Made by a program: the position numbers and the translations under genes. A model generated the notes under the pieces. That model was given only the letters and a program-made list of their open reading frames with translations. It was not told the origin of the DNA and did not search any database. Of a stretch of 64,000 bases of DNA, positions 46,819-55,714 are shown piece by piece (the stretch's first letter is position 1; each line of letters begins with the position of its first letter). Location: positions 15,093 through 79,092 of the forward strand of contig JBAZOB010000001.1 in NCBI GenBank assembly GCA_041648895.1, given 5' to 3'. The stretch is from Patescibacteria group bacterium. GTDB taxonomy: Bacteria; Patescibacteriota; JAHJAL01.

Positions 46819-47964
46819 CTATTCTATTTTAAGATCTGTAATTTTTGTTGGTATAAATTCATTTAATCGCTTTCTTATATCAATTAACAGATTATATTTA
46901 CTGTTTTCGGGGATGTGGAGTTTGAAAATTTTTCTTTTCAGTCTGTACCAATAGCTATGATCGGGGCCGGAATCAATAATATTTCTCAGCCGATCATAAC
47001 TGCCGGAATTTATGGCCAAAATTACCGCGGATAATTCAAGTAAATCGCGGTTTTTTAATTTGGGGTTGTTTTGCCTGATGGTTTCAATGGTCTCGATGGC
47101 GGATTTGTCTTGGAGTAATAGGATTGCTTTGTTTTCGGTGAGTATGGACCAGTAGTAAAGCAGGATTTTTTGAGAGATTGACTGACTGAATAGTTGTTTG
47201 AAGCTTAATTCGGTTCTGATATTGATTTTTTTGAATATTGATTTGATTTTGGAGGTCTTATTTAACCTGATTTCCAGCCGGAGGATGTTGCGGTGTTTGG
47301 GTTGGTTTAATTCATCTAACAGATTAAGCTGGATGGAATTGTCATTTTCAATTGATCGCTTGTCGGATATTTTAGCCAGTCCCAATTCTTTGATTTTGTC
47401 GTATATGGCTATTTCGTAGCTGTTGGCGTGATAATGAAGTGATTGTCCGCCGTTTTTGAAGCGCTCACGATTGGCTTCGAGTCGTGGTAGGGGATTCAAT
47501 TTGGCAAGGTCGGATATGATCATCGAGGGGGTGGTGTGGTATGGGAGAGGGACGTTTTTTGAATAGTGGATGGAGGTAATCGGGGCGTTGTCGAGTTGGA
47601 TATCGAATAATTCAACTCCCATTTCTTTTAGTGTTTTTTGAAGATGGTCATGGATTTTCTGATAGTCATTGTCTGTTAATTCATCGAAGTTGTTATTGAA
47701 TAGTAATTTTGGCAATGATAATTCAATCCGGAGTTTGGGAATTATACCAAATTGACCCATGACAACGATCAAGGTTAGGCGTGGTTTGTAAATTCCGGCT
47801 GATAATTCTCTTTTGCTTGGATTTTGGGTAGCTTTGATATATTCGCGCGGTTTCATATTGTTGGCTTGGTCCCAGAATCTTTTTTCTGATTTGATTGAGA
47901 ACTTACTCCAATCCCAAATTGAGAATTTACCGTGTGGCAATGTTATGACTGTTGTATCGATCAT
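46819..47964 (-). CDS. Hypothetical protein; the context near SpoVG-like suggests a plasmid/phage replication or partition function, but this is unsupported by motifs.
   Basis: 381-aa ORF. The start region overlaps the downstream SpoVG-like ORF by 38 nt, so the real start may be internal. Confidence 0.35.
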   Translation of the reverse strand: MIDTTVITLPHGKFSIWDWSKFSIKSEKRFWDQANNMKPREYIKATQNPSKRELSAGIYKPRLTLIVVMGQFGIIPKLRIELSLPKLLFNNNFDELTDNDYQKIHDHLQKTLKEMGVELFDIQLDNAPITSIHYSKNVPLPYHTTPSMIISDLAKLNPLPRLEANRERFKNGGQSLHYHANSYEIAIYDKIKELGLAKISDKRSIENDNSIQLNLLDELNQPKHRNILRLEIRLNKTSKIKSIFKKINIRTELSFKQLFSQSISQKILLYYWSILTENKAILLLQDKSAIETIETIRQNNPKLKNRDLLELSAVILAINSGSYDRLRNIIDSGPDHSYWYRLKRKIFKLHIPENSKYNLLIDIRKRLNEFIPTKITDLKIE

Positions 47965-48241
47965 CAGAATGCATTACTTTTTTATACTGCTTAATAATTG
48001 CTCGCTCGATCAGTGTGGATGTTTCTTTATTAATGGGGTGAAATAGTTGAATATGGTTATTGCTTACCTTTTTGGTGGGGTAGGTGAGACGATATCCGTC
48101 TTGGGTTAGTTTGCTGTGAATTCCGACCGAGCTGAGGTATATTTTGTTGTCCAATACAAAGCTGGCGAAGGCAAGCAGGCCATTATGGGGTTTGATCGGG
48201 ATTATTTGGATTTCCGTTACTTTGGTTGTTGCTTTTTTCAT
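47927..48241 (-). CDS. SpoVG-family nucleic-acid-binding protein.
   Basis: IQIIPIKPHNGLLAFASFVLDNKIYLSSVGIHSKLTQDGYRLTYPTKK...HIQLFHPINKETSTLIERAII matches the SpoVG pattern (I.V......GL.A.AS...D..F.V.D..V.....G.........DG.FR.....HPI...TR..I). Confidence 0.55.
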   Translation of the reverse strand: MKKATTKVTEIQIIPIKPHNGLLAFASFVLDNKIYLSSVGIHSKLTQDGYRLTYPTKKVSNNHIQLFHPINKETSTLIERAIIKQYKKVMHSDDRYNSHNIATR

Positions 48242-48464
48242 TATCTTGGTCCATCTCGATTAATAAATTGACATAGTTAAATAGATTTTCAAATGCATCT
48301 TCCGCCTCAGTTTCGTTGAGGTTGGGGAAATACTTATCGGCAAGTTGTCGGCGGTTTTCGGAGAGCATAAAAAAATCGACTTACTTAATTGCAAGTCGAT
48401 GATAATAAAGAAAAATTCTGAAACAGGCTATTTCTACTACTTCATAACAAATCTACTAAATCTA

Positions 48465-49196
48465 CTATTTTAAATCTTTAGTTGAGATAATGTTAATTTT
48501 GCTTTTATTGAGCTGTTCTTGGGTTATTGGATTAATAAATTGGATGCCTTCCGATGAGATATTGAAAAAGAGGTCTAGCAGTTTGCCTTTAAAGCCTAAG
48601 TCGTTAATTATTCCGTTAATAGTTCTGTTTTTATCCAGTTTAGTTTCTTTGATAACCTCTGAAGTTATTAATTCTTCGTTTTGATGCTGGAAGAGGTATT
48701 CAATGAGTCGATGCCCGTTTTTGTTGAAATCGGGTGTGCTTAATAAAATATTGTTTAAAGTTAGTTGGCGCGTATTATCGTTAAAGTCTATTTTATAAAT
48801 GACATTATCTAAATTTATGGGGTTTTGAGTAGGTTTTTGTTTAGTAAATTTCTTTTTTAGTTTGTTATGAAGGATATCAAAATTTGATAATAACATCAGT
48901 TCATAACCATCTGAATCTCTAAAGATAAAATTACGATCATGAGGTCTGCCATTTCCATCAAATGAAGTTATCGTGTTTTCGTGAGAATTGGCTAATGTTA
49001 ATGCGTTAGTAGTGTATCTTGAAACCAGTTTAGCAACTTTGAAATCAATAATAAGTTTGGAAATAATTGGTTGAAACAGTCTTGGCTCTATGGTGGTATT
49101 GTCAGGTTCAATTCTTACAATTTCATTTTTTGGAGTTATTTTTGATAGCTCATGTAATTCTGATACAATTAACCACATTTTTTCTTCGTAGTTCAT
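48465..49196 (-). CDS. Hypothetical protein.
   Basis: 243-aa ORF divergent from the ATPase gene across an extremely AT-rich spacer. Confidence 0.4.
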   Translation of the reverse strand: MNYEEKMWLIVSELHELSKITPKNEIVRIEPDNTTIEPRLFQPIISKLIIDFKVAKLVSRYTTNALTLANSHENTITSFDGNGRPHDRNFIFRDSDGYELMLLSNFDILHNKLKKKFTKQKPTQNPINLDNVIYKIDFNDNTRQLTLNNILLSTPDFNKNGHRLIEYLFQHQNEELITSEVIKETKLDKNRTINGIINDLGFKGKLLDLFFNISSEGIQFINPITQEQLNKSKINIISTKDLK

Positions 49197-49343
49197 AATA
49201 CATTACTTTTTTATATATATAAAATTCACATCGATTATATTTTTTGATATCCATAACAATTATATCTTATAAATCATTCATTATGATATATAAATAATAA
49301 ATATGATATTATATATATAGATTAAATCTATTTATATATTAGT

Positions 49344-50702
49344 ATGTCTAAGGTGAATTGGCAAAATTTTGGTTTGAAGAGTAATCCTTATCTAACCGAT
49401 CCTTTAGTGGAGGGTGGGCAATTAAACATAGATAAGGCATTTGTTGGTAGGCAAGTTGAAATACGTACTATCAATGATCAGATTGAGAGTTTAAATAATT
49501 TGTGCATGATTATAAGTGGTGATGTAGGTGTAGGAAAAACTAGTTTAGTTAATTATGTAAAATATTTTTGGAAGCATAAAGGTAGAGATAAATATTTGTT
49601 TTCATCACGGAGAGAAATTGAGGCAAACGAGAATATTTTAGATAAAAGCTCTTTTTTACTCGAAGTTATAGGTTCGATTATTGGAGAAATTGAATTGTTG
49701 GATCCTGATTTAATGAAGGATCCATTACTTGATAAAGTTAAACAATTAATAGATGTTACGCAGTCTATTTCATATAGTGGTGAGTTTTCTTTAGCTGGTT
49801 TTGGAGGTGGGGGTGGAAAAGAAACTCAGATTTCTCAACCAATTAAATTACCTTATTCGATATTGGAGAGTTATTATAAAAAATTACTAGATTTTGTTTG
49901 TCAACATAAGATTAATTCAGTTGTTAATAGTGGATTGATTATTCATGTAAACAATTTTGATGTTGTGATGATGGAGAAGACTTCAAAGAAGAAAGTAATA
50001 AGGTTTTTTAATGAAATAAGGGATATTTTACAACAAGATAAAGTGTATTATTTCTTTTTAGGACCAAGAAATTTTTATAAGGATATTATATCTACTCAGA
50101 AAAGGGTAAAAGGAGTATTTTTTCAATCCCCATTACAAATTAAACCATTGAGCAAGAACGATGTTGTGTCGGCATTAAATGAGAGAATGTTTTTGTTAAA
50201 ATCTGAGGGAGTAGAAAAATTTATTAAACCGATTGATGATAAGGTAGTTTATCAGCTTTATGATTTGTATGACGGTGATATTAGGATGGTTCTTTGTTCT
50301 TTGTATAATATTCTTACTCAAGTTAATGTTGCTTCTTCGAAAACTATTGGCGCAGATCGTTCGAAGGCATATCTTTGTGAGTGGTGTTGGGAGAATGTTG
50401 AGAAGTGTCTTAAAATTACTGACAAACAGAAAGATATTTTGAAATATATTTCGAGTGTAGACAAAGACATAACTCAAAACGATATAGCTAAGGAATTTAA
50501 AATTGTTCAAACGAATGTGTCTGGTTATTATATGAAACCGTTGAGGGAAAATAATATTATTGAAGAAAAGAAGAAGGAAGGTAAATTAACTTATTGGGGT
50601 TTGACTCGGGAATATTTGCCTCTAAAATGGATGAATGAAGTTAAAGAAAACATGGTAGATGAAAAAAAGATTGTCGAGACGCAACTAAAATTATTTGGCT
50701 AA
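49344..50702 (+). CDS. AAA+/P-loop ATPase with a C-terminal winged-helix DNA-binding domain (Orc1/Cdc6- or archaeal-ATPase-like).
   Basis: Walker A ISGDVGVGKTSLVNYV. Walker B-like IIHVNNFDVV. C-terminal DILKYISSVDKDITQNDIAKEFKIVQTNVSGYYMKPLRENNII is wHTH-like. Confidence 0.55.
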   Translation: MSKVNWQNFGLKSNPYLTDPLVEGGQLNIDKAFVGRQVEIRTINDQIESLNNLCMIISGDVGVGKTSLVNYVKYFWKHKGRDKYLFSSRREIEANENILDKSSFLLEVIGSIIGEIELLDPDLMKDPLLDKVKQLIDVTQSISYSGEFSLAGFGGGGGKETQISQPIKLPYSILESYYKKLLDFVCQHKINSVVNSGLIIHVNNFDVVMMEKTSKKKVIRFFNEIRDILQQDKVYYFFLGPRNFYKDIISTQKRVKGVFFQSPLQIKPLSKNDVVSALNERMFLLKSEGVEKFIKPIDDKVVYQLYDLYDGDIRMVLCSLYNILTQVNVASSKTIGADRSKAYLCEWCWENVEKCLKITDKQKDILKYISSVDKDITQNDIAKEFKIVQTNVSGYYMKPLRENNIIEEKKKEGKLTYWGLTREYLPLKWMNEVKENMVDEKKIVETQLKLFG

Positions 50703-50868
50703 GTGAATATCATTTGACGTAAAGGTGTTTGTGATAGTCGATATATTAATATAATATCTGAATAGTATTTAGTTCGAAACATGTCAATAAGGGGGAGTTT
50801 CGTTTTGAAAGCACGCTGATGAGGCGTGTTTTTGGTATAATTAAACAAATAAAATTAATATTCTGGTA
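50703..50868. repeat. Conserved intergenic module, copy 0, upstream of the radical SAM gene: hairpin TTTGAAAGCACGCTGATGAGGCGTGTTTTTGGTATAATTAAAC.
   Basis: The CACGC-N7-GCGTG hairpin, T-run and TATAAT recur before most genes between 50.7 and 57.9 kb. Confidence 0.6.
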
Positions 50869-51885
50869 ATGGGTATAGAAAATTCGAAAGAAAAATATTT
50901 TGGTTTGGAGAATGTGCCTGTTGGCAAGGGTGCTGTGTTAAGAGGTTGGAATTTGCCCGAAGACTATTTTCGTAATCCGGATAATTTGCCGGTTGTAGAT
51001 TTCAGGGCGATGACGCATGAGTGTCGTCATAATTGTTTTCATTGTTTTACTGACAAGAATAAAAAAACTCTGCCTTTATCAAAGATTAAAAGTGTAATTG
51101 ATGAGTTGGCTAACTATAACACGTTTGCCATAAATTATCTTGGGGAGGGTGAGCCGACTTTAGATAAGGATTTTTTTGAAATTGTGGAATATACCAAGGG
51201 AAAAAACATTCAGCCGATTGTATTTACGGATGGAGCGACCAAATTAACTAACAGGAAATTTGTCCGAAGATTGAAAGAGTCGGGGGCTTCAGTGTGTCCA
51301 AAATGTGACAGTCTTTGGAATGCTGAGTATCAAAATATGGTGGTGAGTGATAAGAATGGAAAATATTTTAAGGCGAGGAATAAAGCGGTACAGATATTAA
51401 TTGAGGAGGGATTCAATCAGCCTAGTGATGATGGTACTACTAGACTAGGTTTTGATATGGTAGTTACTAAAGCTAATATGCATGAGGTGTCTAAAACGTT
51501 AAGGTATTGTAGAGAAAATAACATTTGGATAGTTTTTGCTTTTTATTTGCCTTCTGGCAGAAGTGGTACGGAGTATTTTGATAAAGAGTTGGTTTTGACG
51601 TTTGATGAGAAGAAGTATTTGTGTAGTCAGATTAAGCGAATAGATGAGAAAGAATATGGTTTTTATCATCAAGTGATTAATAATTTTGCCACAATACCTT
51701 GTGTTGAATTGATGCAGATATATGGTGATGGGCGGGTGAGTCCTTGTCCTGGCAATGAGAATGTAGTCGGAAATGTGGAAAAGGATTCTATCAAGGATTT
51801 GAAAAAGAAGATAATTGATAAATATCCGGTTCATGAGCAAAAGAGTTTTGATGGATATTGCCCTTATCGAGAAAGATTGGAATAA
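50869..51885 (+). CDS. Radical SAM enzyme with a C-terminal Cys-rich (twitch/SPASM-like) region.
   Basis: CX3CX2C motif ECRHNCFHC near the N-terminus. GEPTL glycine-rich SAM motif. C-terminal PCVELMQIYGDGRVSPCPG...CPYRE cysteines. Confidence 0.7.
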   Translation: MGIENSKEKYFGLENVPVGKGAVLRGWNLPEDYFRNPDNLPVVDFRAMTHECRHNCFHCFTDKNKKTLPLSKIKSVIDELANYNTFAINYLGEGEPTLDKDFFEIVEYTKGKNIQPIVFTDGATKLTNRKFVRRLKESGASVCPKCDSLWNAEYQNMVVSDKNGKYFKARNKAVQILIEEGFNQPSDDGTTRLGFDMVVTKANMHEVSKTLRYCRENNIWIVFAFYLPSGRSGTEYFDKELVLTFDEKKYLCSQIKRIDEKEYGFYHQVINNFATIPCVELMQIYGDGRVSPCPGNENVVGNVEKDSIKDLKKKIIDKYPVHEQKSFDGYCPYRERLE

Positions 51886-52115
51886 CTAGTGAGCAAGGGT
51901 GTGGGGTCCTTCGGCAGGCTCAGGATAAATAACTAAGCTGTAACCATAAAACAGGTTCGAACATCGTGTATTGCACGGAGTTTTGGTAAAATTACGAACT
52001 AGTGATAATTTTTGAAAGCACGCTTATTGGGCGTGTTTTGGTTTGTTTGCTATATGTTTTTGGAAAATAATGAAATATAATATTAGTAGGCTGGTGTATT
52101 CTTATTCATTTAATA
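51886..52115. repeat. Conserved intergenic module, copy 1: AGTGAG..GGTGTGGGGT box, GGTTCGAACATCGTGTATTGCACGGAGTTTT box, then the GAAAGCACGCT..GGCGTGTTTT hairpin.
   Basis: Aligns block-by-block with 52914-53074, 53702-53934 and 55715-55896. Confidence 0.7.
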
Positions 52116-52913
52116 ATGTCACTTATGATTATTGATGCTCATACTCATATTTACGATGACAAAAAATATCGGGACTATCAGGCTAAAGCAAAAGACAGAA
52201 TTTTAAAAATGATAGTGTTAGGTTGGTACAAAGATAAGTTGGTTGATTATCTAAAATTTGCTGATACAGAGGTTAATCTGTTTTTTACTGGAAGTGTGGA
52301 TATGGATAGAAATGTTGCAAAGCAATTGAAGTTAATTGAGAAAACACTTAAGGAAAATAAGATTTATGGCGTAAAGCTGTATCCTGGCTATCAGTATTTT
52401 TTTCCGTCTGATGAAAAAGTTTATCCGATAGCTGAGCTTTGTCAAAAGTATGACAAACCGTTGATATTTCACAGTGGTGATGTTTGGAATCCCGAAGGTG
52501 ATGCTATTTTGAAATATTCTCATCCGATATATATCGACGAGTTGGCGGTTAAGTTTCCAAAATGCAAGATGATTATTTCTCACTTTGGTTTTCCTTATAT
52601 CTTGGAGACGGTTAATGTGGTGAGTAAAAATAAAAATGTTTTTACCGAGATATCTGGCACTATTGAAAAGGATAAAAACAGTTCTGATAAAGAGACAGAG
52701 GAATTGGCTGAGCAATATATCAAAGATTTGAAGCGGGTGTTTGCTTATTTTCCTGGAGTAAAGAAAAAGACAATGTTTGGTACGGACTATGGTGGCGAGA
52801 ATACTCCGCTTAATCAAATTGAGCCTTATATGAAGGTTGTGGAGTCAGTGTTTACGGATGAGGAGCAGAAGAGTGTTTTTGGGGGTCTGGCTGAAAGATT
52901 GTTTTTTGAATGA
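52116..52913 (+). CDS. Amidohydrolase-family (TIM-barrel metal-dependent hydrolase, Amidohydro_2-like) protein.
   Basis: N-terminal IIDAHTHIYDD metal-binding His pair. Later HSGD and ISHFGFPY motifs. Confidence 0.6.
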   Translation: MSLMIIDAHTHIYDDKKYRDYQAKAKDRILKMIVLGWYKDKLVDYLKFADTEVNLFFTGSVDMDRNVAKQLKLIEKTLKENKIYGVKLYPGYQYFFPSDEKVYPIAELCQKYDKPLIFHSGDVWNPEGDAILKYSHPIYIDELAVKFPKCKMIISHFGFPYILETVNVVSKNKNVFTEISGTIEKDKNSSDKETEELAEQYIKDLKRVFAYFPGVKKKTMFGTDYGGENTPLNQIEPYMKVVESVFTDEEQKSVFGGLAERLFFE

Positions 52914-53074
52914 TATAGTGAGTGAAGGTGTGGGGTAACTAAGCCGTAACTAACAAAGTGGTTCTAACTTCGTGTATTCACGCGGAGTTTTTGACACGAA
53001 GCTCGAACCTTATTTGGTCCGGGTTTTTTAGTATAATAAATTGGTAAGAGTTGTTTATTGTTAATGCAAAATAG
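52914..53074. repeat. Conserved intergenic module, copy 2: AGTGAGTGAAGGTGTGGGGT ... GGTTCTAACTTCGTGTATTCACGCGGAGTTTTTGACACGAAGCTCGAACC ... TTTTTTAGTATAATAAATTGG.
   Basis: Contains the inverted repeat ACTTCGTGT/GACACGAAG flanking ATTCACGCGGAGTTTTT. Confidence 0.7.
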
Positions 53075-53701
53075 ATGTTAGTTTTTATAGATGAATCAGG
53101 TGATTCTGGCTTCAAGTTGCAAAAAGGTTCAACTACCAGTTTTGTGGTGGCTTTGGTGATATTTAATGAAAATTTAGATGCAGAAGAGACGGCAGTTGAA
53201 ATTAAAAAGTTTAGAAAAAAGATTGGCAAAACTGACCGGTTTGAATTTAAGTTTAATAAATGTAATAAAGAATTGAGAGTCGGTTTTCTAAAAGCAGTTA
53301 AGAAGTGTAATCTTCGGATAAGGGTAATTGTGTTTGATAAGGAAAAAATATATAGCATTCATTTAAAAAGGAAAACGGAGACTTTTTATAAGTTTGCCAT
53401 ACGTCAGGTTTTGCAGCACAATGGCAAGACTATCAAGAATGCCAAGATAAAATTGGATGGTTTGGGTGAGCGTAAGTTTAGGAAAGCTTTGACAACTTAT
53501 TTACGGAAATATTTGAATACTGATTATGAGAGGATTATGGATAATTTGCGTTTTGTTGATTCCAAGAGCAATGTATTGATTCAATTGGTGGATATGGTGG
53601 CTGGAGCTATAAGGATTAGTTATGATGCCAATCGTAAAGATGCTGGTGAATATAAAAAAATCATCAAGAATAGAATTGATGATTTGTGGGAGTTTGAATA
53701 A
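53075..53701 (+). CDS. DUF3800-family protein.
   Basis: N-terminal MLVFIDESGDSGFK is the diagnostic DUF3800 FIDESG motif. 208 aa. Confidence 0.6.
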   Translation: MLVFIDESGDSGFKLQKGSTTSFVVALVIFNENLDAEETAVEIKKFRKKIGKTDRFEFKFNKCNKELRVGFLKAVKKCNLRIRVIVFDKEKIYSIHLKRKTETFYKFAIRQVLQHNGKTIKNAKIKLDGLGERKFRKALTTYLRKYLNTDYERIMDNLRFVDSKSNVLIQLVDMVAGAIRISYDANRKDAGEYKKIIKNRIDDLWEFE

Positions 53702-53934
53702 AGTTTGATCTCGTTTCTATCCTAAGGATTCTTAGGAACGCTGCCATACGGCAACAGTTCGAAAACGAGATCTTTGTATTTAAAATTTATCATATTTGGG
53801 ATGATTTTTCAATAAAGCGGTTCGAACATCGTGTATTCACGCGGAGTTTTTGACACGAAGCTTGAATCTGTTTTGGTTTAGGTTTTTTTATATTTGATAT
53901 AGTTAGATTTGTAATAGGAGATAAGGAAATTGGA
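53702..53934. repeat. Conserved intergenic module, copy 3. It begins with a 66-nt multi-hairpin element, then GGTTCGAACATCGTGTATTCACGCGGAGTTTTTGACACGAAGCTTGAATC.
   Basis: GATCTCGTTT...AAACGAGATC is a 10-bp closing stem around the CCTAAG/CTTAGG and TGCC/GGCA hairpins. The downstream box is near-identical to copies 1 and 2. Confidence 0.7.
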
Positions 53935-54156
53935 ATGAAGTTTATTAAGGAAAATTTGCTGGTTTTGTCAATTTTGCTGATTGTAATTGGTTTTTTGGTA
54001 GGTAGCATGGTTCTTGTTTGTCCAATAATCGGACCATGTTTCTATGTTCATGACTATTATAAAATTTTGGTATATGTTTTATTTGCTGTAGGGTTTTTGT
54101 CGCTAATCTTTTCTTTTATTTTGCGGTTGATATATATATTTCAAAGAAAAAAATAA
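53935..54156 (+). CDS. Small membrane protein of 73 aa with two TM helices.
   Basis: LLVLSILLIVIGFLVGSMVLV and ILVYVLFAVGFLSLIFSFIL. It sits between two copies of the conserved intergenic module. Confidence 0.4.
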   Translation: MKFIKENLLVLSILLIVIGFLVGSMVLVCPIIGPCFYVHDYYKILVYVLFAVGFLSLIFSFILRLIYIFQRKK

Positions 54157-54290
54157 AAAGGTTTGAGCTTTGTGTCTGGCGCGGAGTTTAGTTTTTGAAG
54201 ATAACACGCTTGATGAGCGTTTTTTTATGGATTGGGATGGTTTTAGTATAATTAATTGGTCGATAATAATAATTTTGTATGGAAGAAATT
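54157..54290. repeat. Conserved intergenic module, copy 4, degenerate: CGCGGAGTTT ... TTGAAGATAACACGCTTGATGAGCGTTTTTTT ... GGTTTTAGTATAATTAATTGG.
   Basis: Shares the CGCGGAG box, the hairpin-plus-T-run and the TAGTATAATTAATTGG -10-like box with the other copies. Confidence 0.6.
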
Positions 54291-54437
54291 GAAAACAAAA
54301 ATAGTTTAGAGATAGTTAAGCCACTATTGAGTAAATTGTCTGAGGATTATCAGAAAGTTTTGGATGACAATTTTGTGGGTTTCTATGTCTTTGGATTTGG
54401 TTGGAAGATGTTTGTGCCATGAATGAATCTGTAGTGG

Positions 54438-54707
54438 TTAATCTAAATTTTCATATTTATTGATATATGTGATGGTAGTGTGGTAATACTCCTCAAAATG
54501 TTCTTGTTTAACTTGGTCCAATGACTTCAGGTCAATATTTTTAATCTCTTCATCTAGTTTTCTTTCTTCTTTGTTTAGAGACTCTCTTTGCTCATTATTA
54601 TACTTTCGCTCTTGTTGGTACATGATGAGTCTGTGATAAAATTCGCGGGCTTTTTGGATTTTATCTTCTATATCTGAATTATTTTCTGATGGGTTTTTTG
54701 AAAGCAT
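54438..54707 (-). CDS. Small charged/coiled-coil hypothetical protein.
   Basis: 89 aa; the only minus-strand gene inside the cassette-like array. Confidence 0.35.
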   Translation of the reverse strand: MLSKNPSENNSDIEDKIQKAREFYHRLIMYQQERKYNNEQRESLNKEERKLDEEIKNIDLKSLDQVKQEHFEEYYHTTITYINKYENLD

Positions 54708-54877
54708 ATAATGGTGATAATTATTATTAATATTATGTTATCGTATCTTTTAATGATTTACTAGTTTGTGGGTGGAATAACTATTATCTAATTAGTAAAC
54801 AGGCTTAAACTAAATTGGATTGCAATACCCCAAGGGGCCGCTTATTGCTATAATATAAAAAAACATTTATTGAATTT

Positions 54878-55714
54878 ATGAAAATTATTGAGAAATTACC
54901 AGGTTTTTCGTCAAAAGTTTTTCTGGTTGATTTGGATGGTGAGAAATGTGTTTTAAAACAAATGAACGGTCCAGATGAAGTGCAAACTGAGAAAAAATTT
55001 ATGGAGATGATGGCAAATAATGGTTTGCCATATTTGAAGGTGTTTAGTGAGGCTGGTTTAAAACCAAATGAAATATTACTGGAATATGTTGGGGGTTCAG
55101 TTATTCTTGGTAATAGATTTGATGAACGGAATGCATACAAATGGGGAGAATTAGCTAAAAAAATTCACAGTATAAAATATGATCAGTGTTTTAAGTATGA
55201 TCAGTATCGAAATAAGAATAATTTGAGTTGGGGCCAGTTTTTACATGATAAGCATGAGCGTTCGTTGGCTAAAGCTGAAGAATATGACAACTATGGATTT
55301 GGCCAAGGGCGAGTGAATGAGATTAGTGATTTTGTGAACTCTTTGTTTAATCTGATTTTAAAAGAGTATTCGTTAATCCATGGCGATTTCCACACTTCTA
55401 ATGTACTAATTAGGGGTAGCGATTTGGTGTTATTTGATGGCGATCCCACTATTTTTTCCGGTGATCCGCTATATGATTTGGCAATTGCTTGGATGGAAAT
55501 GCCGAACGGGTCTTTGATATCTATTGATGATCCGGAATATGCTAATGATAAAAATTGTTTAGATGCTTTTATTGATGGTTATGGTAAAGACTTTACAAAT
55601 AATGTGAATTTGAAAAAATATATTGTTTTAATCGCATTTAGCCGTTTGTACACACCGTTTGCCAGAAATTATAAGAATATTATTGAGAATATATTGAATC
55701 GAACTGGGAACTAG
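54878..55714 (+). CDS. Aminoglycoside phosphotransferase / choline-kinase-like small-molecule kinase (APH fold).
   Basis: Catalytic-loop motif LIHGDFHTSNVLI plus a downstream D-rich segment LFDGDPTIFSGDPLYD. Confidence 0.6.
   Translation: MKIIEKLPGFSSKVFLVDLDGEKCVLKQMNGPDEVQTEKKFMEMMANNGLPYLKVFSEAGLKPNEILLEYVGGSVILGNRFDERNAYKWGELAKKIHSIKYDQCFKYDQYRNKNNLSWGQFLHDKHERSLAKAEEYDNYGFGQGRVNEISDFVNSLFNLILKEYSLIHGDFHTSNVLIRGSDLVLFDGDPTIFSGDPLYDLAIAWMEMPNGSLISIDDPEYANDKNCLDAFIDGYGKDFTNNVNLKKYIVLIAFSRLYTPFARNYKNIIENILNRTGN

Noticed and set aside
48183-48368. 61-aa minus-strand ORF upstream of the SpoVG-like gene.
   Set aside because: It is short and acidic, overlaps the SpoVG-like start region, and has no supporting signal. 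Too weak to call.
50803-50840. GAAAGCACGCTGATGAGGCGTG contains CUGAUGAG and GAAA, which suggested a hammerhead ribozyme.
   Set aside because: The CUGAUGAG sits in a hairpin loop, not at a three-way junction. The loop sequence is not conserved in the other copies (TTATTGG, TCTCTGTG). Only the CACGC/GCGTG stem and the T-run are conserved, which fits a terminator or protein site better.
51954-53870. The GGTTCGAAC...CGGAG box in the cassette junctions resembles the tRNA-Asn 3' end (GGGTTCGAG...CTCCGGAG), so it could be serial attR sites.
   Set aside because: Only the GGTTCGA and CGGAG ends match. The intervening sequence and its length differ. No exact run of 15 nt or more is shared, so an att relationship cannot be supported from this window alone. 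It is kept only as a possibility under the cassette-array finding.
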